A stretch of 64,000 nt of DNA from the NCBI GenBank assembly GCA_963716475.1, contig OY970314.1, positions 354,981 to 418,980 on the forward strand, read 5' to 3'. Made by a program: the position numbers and the translations under genes. The stretch comes from Candidatus Woesebacteria bacterium (GTDB lineage: Bacteria; Patescibacteriota; Microgenomatia; UBA8517). Below the pieces are notes generated by a model. It had not been told where the DNA came from, did no database searches, and saw only the letters and a list, made by a program, of their open reading frames with translations. This document shows positions 36,287 to 45,056 of this stretch, in pieces (position 1 is the stretch's first letter; each line of letters opens with the position of its first letter).

Positions 36287-36565
36287 CTATTTCTCAGCTA
36301 AATTACCAGGAGCCTCGTTCTTTGGTTGCGCTTTTCTAATCTGAAGCGTAGCTGAATCGTATCCTTCACAAACTTCCCCATCGCCATCCGCTACTTCTCT
36401 AAACTTGTCGGGGTATTTTTTTGCCAACTCGTGACTTTTTTTAGCCGCATCCGTAGCAATGTTTGAATAGTGTTCTGTATCTGATATGGGCAGGAAAACA
36501 TCCCCCTCCAATCCGGGGTAAACACCCGGTTTAAACGAACACAACTGTTCTAAATGTGGTGCCAT
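36287..36565 (-). CDS. Small hypothetical protein
   Basis: ATG ORF, no recognisable motif. Confidence 0.55.
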   Translation of the reverse strand: MAPHLEQLCSFKPGVYPGLEGDVFLPISDTEHYSNIATDAAKKSHELAKKYPDKFREVADGDGEVCEGYDSATLQIRKAQPKNEAPGNLAEK

Positions 36566-36628
36566 AATTATTTTTTCTTGAGTAGGTTTATATATACTTT
36601 AAAAGTAAAAATATATCAAGCCTTTCAC

Positions 36629-37417
36629 CTATTTATTTACCACAAAAAGTTCGTTTTTTCTGACGAAAGACTCTATAAGCTCTTTCAGAGGTGGATAAAT
36701 TAACTGTGTTCGATATTTCATAAGCGCACTATATTTAGCATTTTCAACATCGGACGTGAGAGGAAAACTCAACCACTGTTTTGAAAAATCAAGTAGTTTA
36801 ATCGGCGGCGTCACGTACAAATTCTTATTCAATTCCTTGGGTAAAGGAAAATTCGGAAAATGAACTAAGTAATAATAGATACTAGCTTTAATTTTTAAAT
36901 TTGAAATAACCGTCTCAGCATCTACACCTGTAGTTTTGTGATCGGGGTGCATGTCATTAATACTGGGGACGAGAATGATATTCGGGTGAACGAAAGTAAC
37001 TATATTTTTAAAGTAATTTTGCACTTGGCCTTGATTTACCTTTTCTAAATTTCCGTCCGGATAATTGAGATAAATCAAATTATTTTCAGAAACCCCAAGT
37101 GATGATGTAACTTTTGCAAACTCGTTATAACGAATCTTTTCCAAATGGTGTTTATTTCCATCCGTTACCAGTGTAATCCATACATTAGCACCCACTGAAG
37201 TGGCTGTCTTAATAAATCCACCAGCCGCAATTGTTTCGTCGTCAGGATGCGGGGAAAAAACCAAAATTGTATCCGTTTTTTTCGGTCCGGGAATAGTATT
37301 CAATAAATTGATACCTGTTTGCGGTACCGATTTATAATACCAAGTGTAAAAGACAGAATATCCTAAAGCCAGAATAGAAATACCAAGGAGAATCACCAAT
37401 TTTGTCTCTTTCTTCAT
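36629..37417 (-). CDS. PIG-L/LmbE family deacetylase
   Basis: PHPDDE, TDG, HPDH. Confidence 0.92.
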   Translation of the reverse strand: MKKETKLVILLGISILALGYSVFYTWYYKSVPQTGINLLNTIPGPKKTDTILVFSPHPDDETIAAGGFIKTATSVGANVWITLVTDGNKHHLEKIRYNEFAKVTSSLGVSENNLIYLNYPDGNLEKVNQGQVQNYFKNIVTFVHPNIILVPSINDMHPDHKTTGVDAETVISNLKIKASIYYYLVHFPNFPLPKELNKNLYVTPPIKLLDFSKQWLSFPLTSDVENAKYSALMKYRTQLIYPPLKELIESFVRKNELFVVNK

Positions 37418-37444
37418 ACTTTCATTTTATGACAAATTAAGGGG

Positions 37445-37490
37445 AATGGTAAGCGAAGCTTGGCCATTTCCAAACCGAAATGGTAAAATA
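37445..37490 (+). repeat. GCGAAGC-family repeat copy and probable tRNA-Pro promoter
   Basis: AATGGTAAGCGAAGC-TTGGCC-atttccaaaccgaaatgg-TAAAAT. Confidence 0.8.
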
Positions 37491-37497
37491 CATATAT

Positions 37498-37570
37498 CGG
37501 AGTGTAGCGCAGTTGGTAGCGCGCCACGTTTGGGACGTGGAGGTCCCCGGTTCGATCCCGGGCACTCCGA
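37498..37570 (+). tRNA. tRNA-Pro(TGG)
   Basis: Anticodon arm CCACG-TTTGGGA-CGTGG. Confidence 0.95.
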
Positions 37571-37653
37571 CTTAACAATGTTAAAACATACAAATAGTTA
37601 CCGATTTTCCCCGATCACGATTCCGGGCTAGTCTTCTATTATTTAATATTTAT

Positions 37654-38262
37654 ATGCAAGAAAATGAAGATTTTACTATTCAAAGAATTCCATTAAATAC
37701 CGAGTCATGGTGTGGGCATGCACTTATTCATTCGGCCGCAATTTCCTTTAATATTGCTCACGTTTGTCAAAAAGATCTCCACAATTATGTTTCCGACCCG
37801 AATTGGGGTACAGAAAAAGGTGAACTATACAAAATGGCCCGATCATTTTTACCAAAAGATCATATTTTGATGAAAGAGAATTGGTCTAAAGAAGACTTAG
37901 ACAAGCTTAACGAAAAAGCCAGAGTCGTGGTTATATTAGACACAACAGACATCCTTAAAAGAGTTTCAAATATAACAGGAAAAATAGTAAATGACGTAGA
38001 CGGACATTATATATCCTATTTAGGAAACGGTTTAATAATTGATCCGTCAGCCGAGGAAATTGTCGTCGGACCCGACACAGAGCCTGAAAATAAAGGGGTA
38101 ATTCTGACTGATTGTCCAAATATTTATTATCTATCTGATGAAATTTTAGAGAAAATTTGGTTTGACACCAATAAGAATGGCAGTATAAATAAACATTTAG
38201 CTTTGGTTATGCTTCATCCTGATGACGATCCTTCAATTCTCGAAGAATACCGAAAAAAATGA
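37654..38262 (+). CDS. C39-like cysteine peptidase
   Basis: SWCGHA, DGHY, IIDPS. Confidence 0.65.
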   Translation: MQENEDFTIQRIPLNTESWCGHALIHSAAISFNIAHVCQKDLHNYVSDPNWGTEKGELYKMARSFLPKDHILMKENWSKEDLDKLNEKARVVVILDTTDILKRVSNITGKIVNDVDGHYISYLGNGLIIDPSAEEIVVGPDTEPENKGVILTDCPNIYYLSDEILEKIWFDTNKNGSINKHLALVMLHPDDDPSILEEYRKK

Positions 38263-38276
38263 TAAAATAGGCTTGC

Positions 38277-38347
38277 GCGGGATTAGTTAATCGGCTTAAC
38301 AACAGCTTTCCAAGCTGTGAAGAGGGGTTCGACTCCCCTATCCCGCT
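38277..38347 (+). tRNA. tRNA-Gly(TCC)
   Basis: Anticodon arm ACAGC-TTTCCAA-GCTGT. Confidence 0.93.
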
Positions 38348-38440
38348 CAAAAATCAGATTTTGAGGGGTCAAGCTTTGCTTATCCCGCTCTGAGTTTGAC
38401 GAAGAGGGGATATGAGCCTAGCGATTATTCCGCTCAAAAT
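38339..38440. repeat. Triplicated tRNA-Gly 3' end with interleaved inverted copies
   Basis: TATCCCGCTC at 38339 and 38381, TATTCCGCTC at 38426; CAAGCTTTGCTTA before the second copy. Confidence 0.8.
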
Positions 38441-38445
38441 TTGAA

Positions 38446-39135
38446 TTACTGCGTTTTAGAGCTTCCTATGACCACCTGAATAGTATCCGCTGAAGAACTT
38501 GCAAGTGTCTGCGGCGAATCAACAACATAGGTTTTTCCAAGAGCACTCGATAGGGCTGCTATAAAAGCAGCGTCGACTGTGGACTGGGCTTTAATAATTG
38601 TCTTTGTATAATCGTATGTTGCGGCATTTGCCGTTGATCCGACTTTAAAACCGGCAGTTGTAAGCAATGTTTTGGCTTTCCCTGCTTCACCTGAAATTCC
38701 CGATCCGTTAAAAACACTGATTGAATATTTGGTTAAATCAACAGAGGCAGATGGCGTAGATGTTGTAAAGGGAACAGGGGATGGCTCCGATGTGGGAGTC
38801 GTGGTTCCTTCCTGGCCATAATTAACACCTCTTTGATAAAAAACAATACCTCCCAAAATTGCACCCAGGAGGAAAATTACGGGGATAATGATCCAAAGGA
38901 CGTTTAAAGAGGATTTTTTGATTTCGCGGGCACTGGTCTCTTTAACTACGTCGGTTTTCTTTTCTTCAACTTTATTTTCAGGTTCTGTTGTAATAGTATC
39001 TTTGGCAGCTTCATCCAGAATCTTTGGCTCAACAGTTTCGGCATGTTCCTTAACCTCTTCCTTTGAAACTTCGTCTGATTTAATTTCCTCAACAACCATT
39101 CTTCTTCTTTCATTAGATTCACCTTTATTTGGCAT
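38446..39135 (-). CDS. LytR C-terminal domain protein
   Basis: TM then ISVFNGSGISGEA...GF.V....NA...VVIG. Confidence 0.88.
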   Translation of the reverse strand: MPNKGESNERRRMVVEEIKSDEVSKEEVKEHAETVEPKILDEAAKDTITTEPENKVEEKKTDVVKETSAREIKKSSLNVLWIIIPVIFLLGAILGGIVFYQRGVNYGQEGTTTPTSEPSPVPFTTSTPSASVDLTKYSISVFNGSGISGEAGKAKTLLTTAGFKVGSTANAATYDYTKTIIKAQSTVDAAFIAALSSALGKTYVVDSPQTLASSSADTIQVVIGSSKTQ

Positions 39136-39196
39136 CGATAGAATTAGTATATAAAAAAATCTTCTGTAATAGCAATATGGATGTTATAATTTACGT

Positions 39197-39721
39197 ATGC
39201 AAATCAGTATTAACGAATGGAAGAAATTCCATAAATTCCAAGAAAAACCGGGTTGGTGCGGACCGGCTGTAATACAAATTGCGCTTAACGCCTGCGGTAT
39301 TAATAAAACCCAAAAAGATATAGCAAAAGAAGTATATAAAGACTGGTGGGGTACAACTCAACAAATCATGCTTGCGTACTTAAGCAGGTTTTTCAAAATT
39401 GTTAACTATAAGCATAACGCAACTATGAAAGATATTTCCCTTCATTTAAAAAAGGGGCATATCGTAATTCTGGATTGGTGGGACAATATTGATAAGGAAG
39501 ATGAACCGGGAGGTCATTATTCGATAGTCGGAAACTATGATTATAAATTGAAAGGGTTGACTCTCGTGGACCCTTCAAATGGTCGTCCCGGAATCTGGAC
39601 AATTTCCGACAAAGAATTCAATAAAAACTGGTATGATACTTTAGACGTTCACGATAGAACCTGGATTGACGGCTGGATGCTTTGGATTGATCCCTCTTCC
39701 AAAATAATCTTAAAAAAATAA
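39197..39721 (+). CDS. C39-like cysteine peptidase
   Basis: FQE...WCGPA, GGHYSIV, LVDPS. Confidence 0.85.
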   Translation: MQISINEWKKFHKFQEKPGWCGPAVIQIALNACGINKTQKDIAKEVYKDWWGTTQQIMLAYLSRFFKIVNYKHNATMKDISLHLKKGHIVILDWWDNIDKEDEPGGHYSIVGNYDYKLKGLTLVDPSNGRPGIWTISDKEFNKNWYDTLDVHDRTWIDGWMLWIDPSSKIILKK

Positions 39722-39771
39722 CCAACTCAGTTTCTTTTAAGCAAATAGATATATAATTCTGGCCTTCATAT

Positions 39772-40032
39772 ATGGAGGAACGTATAAAAATAGATATTCA
39801 AGAGTGTGAGACATGTACCCGGAATGATTGCCGCGCTAAAAATTTTGTTAAATGGCTACGATCCCCCGAAAGAGATTTGCCCACTGATTTGCCCAAACTG
39901 TCAGAGGATGTTCGTGCATTTTTAGGAAATAAAAATATCGGGAGCAGAGTAACACAAAGTGAGGAATCTATTATCGTCGATGTAAATAACCGCTGTAGCG
40001 CCAGAATCACCTTAACTCCCATAAACGAATAA
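39772..40032 (+). CDS. Small hypothetical protein
   Basis: ATG ORF with CxxC; TATAAT upstream. Confidence 0.5.
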   Translation: MEERIKIDIQECETCTRNDCRAKNFVKWLRSPERDLPTDLPKLSEDVRAFLGNKNIGSRVTQSEESIIVDVNNRCSARITLTPINE

Positions 40033-40089
40033 GCAATCTTGCTTTGCCGTATAAATTGTCTTTTTTATATAAATTGGTTAGAATTAATT

Positions 40090-40425
40090 ATGCCGATAAT
40101 CCCAGACTTTTCTTTTATATACAAAGCCTCTTACTTCATAATGGCCATTCCCACAATTTTGGTTATCATAGTATCAATTCTTTCTTCCAAAGAAATGGGT
40201 GGGACTCTTGGTAATGGGTTAAAAAAAATCGCTACCGGTACTATCGTAGATTCCATTTTAATCGCAACTTTTATTTTTTGGGAAAGGGGGGCTCAAGGAA
40301 TTATTGATGAGAATGTTATGAAATACTTTTTCCTGGCTTCAGGAATCTTCGCTTCAACATTCCTAATTATTGGTTTTTACCAGATCTACGAGATTACTAA
40401 AAGGTTAAAACTTTCCAGCCCTTAA
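40090..40425 (+). CDS. Small multi-TM membrane protein
   Basis: Three hydrophobic helices; ATG at 40090. Confidence 0.65.
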   Translation: MPIIPDFSFIYKASYFIMAIPTILVIIVSILSSKEMGGTLGNGLKKIATGTIVDSILIATFIFWERGAQGIIDENVMKYFFLASGIFASTFLIIGFYQIYEITKRLKLSSP

Positions 40426-40439
40426 GAAAGGAGATATTC

Positions 40440-40727
40440 TCAGCCTTGGACTTTACTATTAGTGATTTCGTCTCTCATCTTTTTACAGTTTTCGCAGAGC
40501 TCTTCTTTGTTAGCTAAAGTAATTTTTTCCTCCTCCGCTTTATCAATAGATATCCAGCCCCCCATACCAAATTTTTTATCTCCAAGATAGATATCAACCC
40601 TTCCTACATGTCCACGTTGTATACCTAAGCTTTCTATCCCGGGACAAGGAACCCAAAACCGTGAACCAATGGGTAACTCGGCATAATACTTTTCGTCTTC
40701 TTCCGTTGAAGGTTGTATCAATTTCAT
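40440..40727 (-). CDS. Small hypothetical protein
   Basis: ATG ORF directly downstream of tRNA-His. Confidence 0.5.
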   Translation of the reverse strand: MKLIQPSTEEDEKYYAELPIGSRFWVPCPGIESLGIQRGHVGRVDIYLGDKKFGMGGWISIDKAEEEKITLANKEELCENCKKMRDEITNSKVQG

Positions 40728-40744
40728 TTAAGTTAAATCGTTTG

Positions 40745-40818
40745 GGTGGGCAAGGCGATTCGAACGCCCAACCTCCTCCTCCACAGGGAGGCGCTCTAAC
40801 CGTTGAGCTATGCCCACC
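40745..40818 (-). tRNA. tRNA-His(GTG)
   Basis: Anticodon arm CCTCC-CTGTGGA-GGAGG; G-1:C73 pair. Confidence 0.95.
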
Positions 40819-40993
40819 GCGTCGAAGTAAACTTTGCTTTTCGAATTAGGCTCACTAAGAGCTAATTCTTTGCGCTTCATTACTTCTCCTTTCAAAATCC
40901 TCCGGATTTTGTGAAAGGATAAAGCTATTTTATCACGATACTCAGCTAAATTCTCAGCCCCAGTCTAATTTAATCTGGTATAATCGTGAAGGT

Positions 40994-41686
40994 ATGAAAG
41001 ACTATTTTATGAGAAATAAAGTTTTTATAATTGTTATTTTGGCTACAGCATTGCTTCTGTTTGGTGGAATTTTTCTTTTTAGTAAAGGAGGAAATTCCAA
41101 TGTATCCACAAATATTGTAAATTCCTCACTTCTGGTTCCTCAAAACGCTATTGAAACCTCCGGCTTTGTCAACGGCAACTACTTGCCCGCCTCTTCATCC
41201 GCATCCGTGACTCTTGTCGAATTCGGGGACTATGAGTGTCCGGCATGCGGCGTGTATAGCCCGTTTGTACAACAACTGCTAACTGATTTCGCAGGGAAAA
41301 TTAATTACGTTTTCAGAAATTATCCTCTTTCACAACATACAAACGCATTAATTTCGTCATACGCAGTCGAGGCTGCAGGACTCCAGGGAAAATATTGGCA
41401 GATGCATGAAAAAATGTATAGCGCTCAATCTGACTGGTCCAATCTAAGCGACCCCACCAGTGTGTTTATTGGTTACGCAAAAGACCTGAGCCTAGATACT
41501 AACCAATTTTCATCCGATATAAACTCATCAACCGTTAAAAATATGGTACAAAATGATACAAACGACGGTAATACGATAGGAATTACCGAAACTCCTACCT
41601 TTTATTTAAACGGGCAAAAAATAACTCTTGCAGGGTCGTACGATCAACTGAAGAGTCTTATAGAGTCCGCCCTGGCGGGAAAATAA
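40994..41686 (+). CDS. DsbA family thiol-disulfide oxidoreductase
   Basis: EFGDYECPAC, FRNYPL, TPTFYLNG. Confidence 0.93.
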   Translation: MKDYFMRNKVFIIVILATALLLFGGIFLFSKGGNSNVSTNIVNSSLLVPQNAIETSGFVNGNYLPASSSASVTLVEFGDYECPACGVYSPFVQQLLTDFAGKINYVFRNYPLSQHTNALISSYAVEAAGLQGKYWQMHEKMYSAQSDWSNLSDPTSVFIGYAKDLSLDTNQFSSDINSSTVKNMVQNDTNDGNTIGITETPTFYLNGQKITLAGSYDQLKSLIESALAGK

Positions 41687-41698
41687 GGTCTCAATTCA

Positions 41699-43024
41699 TT
41701 ACTTTCTGCTGATTATGTAAGTAGTCGGGTAATAGAGGAAGGCAGCAGGTGAATCCTCGACTAAAAATCTTTGAAAGTCAAAATAGATCTTTTTCCTCGC
41801 ATCGGTATTAATTTCACTTCTGCCGTCCTCCAGGAGCTTATCTATTCTGGGGTTTTGGTAACGCGTAATGTTTGTTGCTGTCTGAGTAGAATGCCACATC
41901 GAATATTGATCGGGGTCATCAGGTATGTCAAATATGGCTAAAAAAGCCTGGTAATCTGAGGGAACTTGAGAAATGACCTGTAAATTCACATTCACCCCCA
42001 CAGCCTGCCAATCCTTGGCAATTATTTCAGCAGTTGATAGAAGTATGGGAGTCGTTGAAAGATTAACGGTAACATCAGAAAGTTTTGCACTGGTTTTATA
42101 ATCATCTATCATGGTTTTTGCTTTTACCGGATCGTAATCGTAAGGCTTAACTTGTGGGTTGTAAGCCCAAGAATCTATAGAAATCGGCCCGATAGCCCTT
42201 TCTCCACCCAAAATGCTTTTGTCTATAGCATAAGAAAGCGCCTGCCGGATATTCTTTTCCTGAAGCAACTTATCCTGAGTATTGAAAAAAACTCCTACAT
42301 ATTGTCCCGTACTGGATAGCTGCGTAATTTTCATCTTTCCCCAGGAATCAAACGGAGAAGGATTTAAAACATCTGAGATCTGATCAACGTCCCCCAGCTC
42401 CAGGGCCAGTTTGGTCTTTTCCTCAGTAGGATTAAATTTGTAGATAATGGTTTTTCCGTTCTTATTTTTCATAGCAATCTGTTCTACAACTGAACCGTTT
42501 AATGAAATATTTGTCACTCTGTATTCCCCGGTACCCAAAAGGCCGGATTTAAAGGCTGGTTTCGAAACTACAGTAGGAAATGCTGAATAAGCATTTTGAA
42601 GCTTGAAGGTTATGGTTTTATCATCGGGGCGTTCTATCGTAACATCAGAGAACTGATATAGTATTCCCGAACTCACGACCTTTTTGCCATCCTGCCAATA
42701 AAGATTGTCTTTTAGAGTGAATGACCAGGTTTTCCCCTTATCGGGGGTCTCCCAGGAGGCTGCTAAATCAGGTTCAACATTTCCGCTCGCATCAAGTTTT
42801 GTTAACCCGTCTCCGACAAGATCAAGAATAGAACTAGGCAAACTTGATAAAGTATAACGGCCAGTCATTCCAATCCTGACGGATTGCGACTCAACCAGAA
42901 GAGGTAGTGAATATTTAAGAAAAAAGAAGAATGCTACCCCCAAACTGATGCTTACTATTATTAAAAATTTAAATCGGGACATAAACGCTCCGATTAGTCG
43001 CACTATGTAGCGGAGATTTAACAT
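41699..43024 (-). CDS. ABC transporter substrate-binding protein, family 5 (OppA-like)
   Basis: PDLAASW, WQDG, GTGEY, RQALSYAIDK. Confidence 0.9.
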   Translation of the reverse strand: MLNLRYIVRLIGAFMSRFKFLIIVSISLGVAFFFFLKYSLPLLVESQSVRIGMTGRYTLSSLPSSILDLVGDGLTKLDASGNVEPDLAASWETPDKGKTWSFTLKDNLYWQDGKKVVSSGILYQFSDVTIERPDDKTITFKLQNAYSAFPTVVSKPAFKSGLLGTGEYRVTNISLNGSVVEQIAMKNKNGKTIIYKFNPTEEKTKLALELGDVDQISDVLNPSPFDSWGKMKITQLSSTGQYVGVFFNTQDKLLQEKNIRQALSYAIDKSILGGERAIGPISIDSWAYNPQVKPYDYDPVKAKTMIDDYKTSAKLSDVTVNLSTTPILLSTAEIIAKDWQAVGVNVNLQVISQVPSDYQAFLAIFDIPDDPDQYSMWHSTQTATNITRYQNPRIDKLLEDGRSEINTDARKKIYFDFQRFLVEDSPAAFLYYPTTYIISRK

Positions 43025-43030
43025 TAATAA

Positions 43031-43246
43031 TTAAATAACGAGTTGCAGTAGCGAAATGACCACAAAAACTATAGCAAAAACGAAAGTTGACCTGAAAATA
43101 AGTTTTTCAAGTCCACGTCTGCTAAAAGAAGTGCCTCCCCCGAAGCTTCCGGATCTTCCGAAACCCGTCCCTCTGGCCTGAATAAGGATCAACCCGATGA
43201 GAATGATCGAAGAAAGTATCTGCATGAATGTCAAAATTTGCTTCAT
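43031..43246 (-). CDS. secG: Preprotein translocase SecG
   Basis: ILIQ.RGTG...FGG...RRGLEK. Confidence 0.9.
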   Translation of the reverse strand: MKQILTFMQILSSIILIGLILIQARGTGFGRSGSFGGGTSFSRRGLEKLIFRSTFVFAIVFVVISLLQLVI

Positions 43247-43295
43247 ATCTAGTTATTATACCTTATTTACCGGGGTTTTGACTGTCCAAGCTCCG

Positions 43296-43697
43296 CTACT
43301 TGAGGATCCAATACCCTATGGAAGCAACCATTGAAATAAGAAAAGAAAATGCTATAAAAGCGAATATCCCCGAAAGGGAAATTCCCGGAATAATAAACCA
43401 GTAGGAAGAAAAACCCTTAAAAACAAAATCCATAAGTTTAAACCCGGGTACAATTAACGTAACTATATACAAAGTAATTGCAAACCCCGCCCACCTGAAA
43501 AGTCCGAAGGTTATAAGGTTAATAGGTAAAAGAAGGATATTGATAATGGGTCTGATTATAAGTGATGTAAGTGTTAGAACTATTCCGGCCAAAAGAACGG
43601 AATATGTGCCTTCTGCAAAAACGATTCCGGAAACCACTAAAGAAACCACATAAAGAGAGGCCGTGTTAATAATGAAGTGCTTTAAGACAGTCTTCAC
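43296..43697 (-). CDS. YvlD-like (phage holin 4_2 family) membrane protein
   Basis: IIRPI..IL.LPINLITFGLF. Confidence 0.85.
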   Translation of the reverse strand: MKTVLKHFIINTASLYVVSLVVSGIVFAEGTYSVLLAGIVLTLTSLIIRPIINILLLPINLITFGLFRWAGFAITLYIVTLIVPGFKLMDFVFKGFSSYWFIIPGISLSGIFAFIAFSFLISMVASIGYWILK

Positions 43698-43736
43698 AAA
43701 AACAGTATATGCAGATTTGAAAGATATTTACAAATA

Positions 43737-45056
43737 TCAATTAACTAATGACCTTGAAATTAACTTGTGGTGGTAAGCTCTTGCAAACCTGTGTGCTTCG
43801 TCACGAACACGTGATACTAAATGTAAAACATTTCCCTCAAGCTTAATCTTTTGGTCTCCGATAATAAGTCTATCAGGGTTCTTGGCAATTCCCACCACCG
43901 GAATATTTAATTTATTCATATAAATTATTTTTTTAAAAGTATTCACTTGGGCAACACTTCCGTCTACGATTACCAGGTCGGGAATTCCCCAGTCATCTAA
44001 ATGCCTTAGCCTCCTCGTCATCACTTCCCTTAAAGAATCCACATCACTCCCTCCCTTTTTTTGCCTGATTCTAAAATGCCTGTAAAAATTTTTATCCGCT
44101 TCAGCGTCAATATAGGTAACCATGGATGCCGTAGGTTTCGTCCCCGCCAGATGGGCAATATCGAAGCATTCCACTCTTCGTAGGTTTTCTATGGTTATCC
44201 CGCATTTTGAAAGTATTTTACTTAATTCCCTAACCTCCTTTAGCCGCATATCTTCATACAAATTAGGGTTTTGCATATAAAAATCCGTAGGCATACGCGG
44301 CTGGGTTATATAATCTAAAGCATTAATTTTATTCCTAAGTACTCCGGCTTCCTCAAATTTTTCATCCAGTGAACATTTTTCCATTTCTCTTGTTAGTTCT
44401 CTTCTTACGCCATCAAATTTTGCCGAAAGTACGGCTTTAACCCTGCTTATATTTTTCAAGTATTCTTTTCTTTTCATATTTTTTAACTGCGCATCCTTAA
44501 TTCTTTCTATTTCGGAAGGGCATGGATGGCAAAGCCCTATATGGGAATAAAGGCAGGCTCTGCTTCCCAATTTATGATCTGAATAGGGGAAAATTCGTCT
44601 AAGCATTTTCAGGACAGAGCGGACGTTCCGGGAAGAAGGGAATGGTCCGTAAAACGCCAAGTTTTTTTGATTTTCGGCAATTTTTCTGGCTGTAATTACC
44701 CGGGGATAAGTTTCCTTGGTAATTTGAATATAAAGCGGGTGTTTATCATCTTTGGCTGCAATATTGTATTTGGGTAGATATATGCGAATTAATCTGGCTT
44801 CCAAGAGGAGGGCCTCAAGTTCCGAAGTGACTTGAATATACGACATTTCCTGTGCTTCTCCTATCATTTTCGAGGTTTTTATTTCCAAATCCAGATCGAA
44901 ATATGATGAAACCCTTCTTTTCAGGTTTATTGCTTTTCCGATATAAATAGGTAATCCATCTTTAAAAAAAACATATATGCCTGCACCTTCAGGAAGTTTC
45001 CTGTAGAACTTAGGGACTATTTTTATTTTCGGCAGTTTTTCCATTAAATCTTTCAT
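43737..45056 (-). CDS. uvrC: Short UvrC (GIY-YIG, UVR, RNase H-like; no HhH)
   Basis: GIY...YIGKA, EALLLE, ECFDIAH, PDLVIVDG, RDEAHRFA. Confidence 0.92.
   Translation of the reverse strand: MKDLMEKLPKIKIVPKFYRKLPEGAGIYVFFKDGLPIYIGKAINLKRRVSSYFDLDLEIKTSKMIGEAQEMSYIQVTSELEALLLEARLIRIYLPKYNIAAKDDKHPLYIQITKETYPRVITARKIAENQKNLAFYGPFPSSRNVRSVLKMLRRIFPYSDHKLGSRACLYSHIGLCHPCPSEIERIKDAQLKNMKRKEYLKNISRVKAVLSAKFDGVRRELTREMEKCSLDEKFEEAGVLRNKINALDYITQPRMPTDFYMQNPNLYEDMRLKEVRELSKILSKCGITIENLRRVECFDIAHLAGTKPTASMVTYIDAEADKNFYRHFRIRQKKGGSDVDSLREVMTRRLRHLDDWGIPDLVIVDGSVAQVNTFKKIIYMNKLNIPVVGIAKNPDRLIIGDQKIKLEGNVLHLVSRVRDEAHRFARAYHHKLISRSLVN

Noticed and set aside
8724-40849. Track ORFs overlapping tRNAs (8724..8915, 12740..12955, 14899..15180, 15101..15376, 37446..37631, 40661..40849)
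   Set aside because: They are translations of tRNA sequence with no protein features.
43296-43697. Holin-family gene as phage evidence
   Set aside because: YvlD-like proteins are common chromosomal genes; this one sits in a uvrC-secG housekeeping context.
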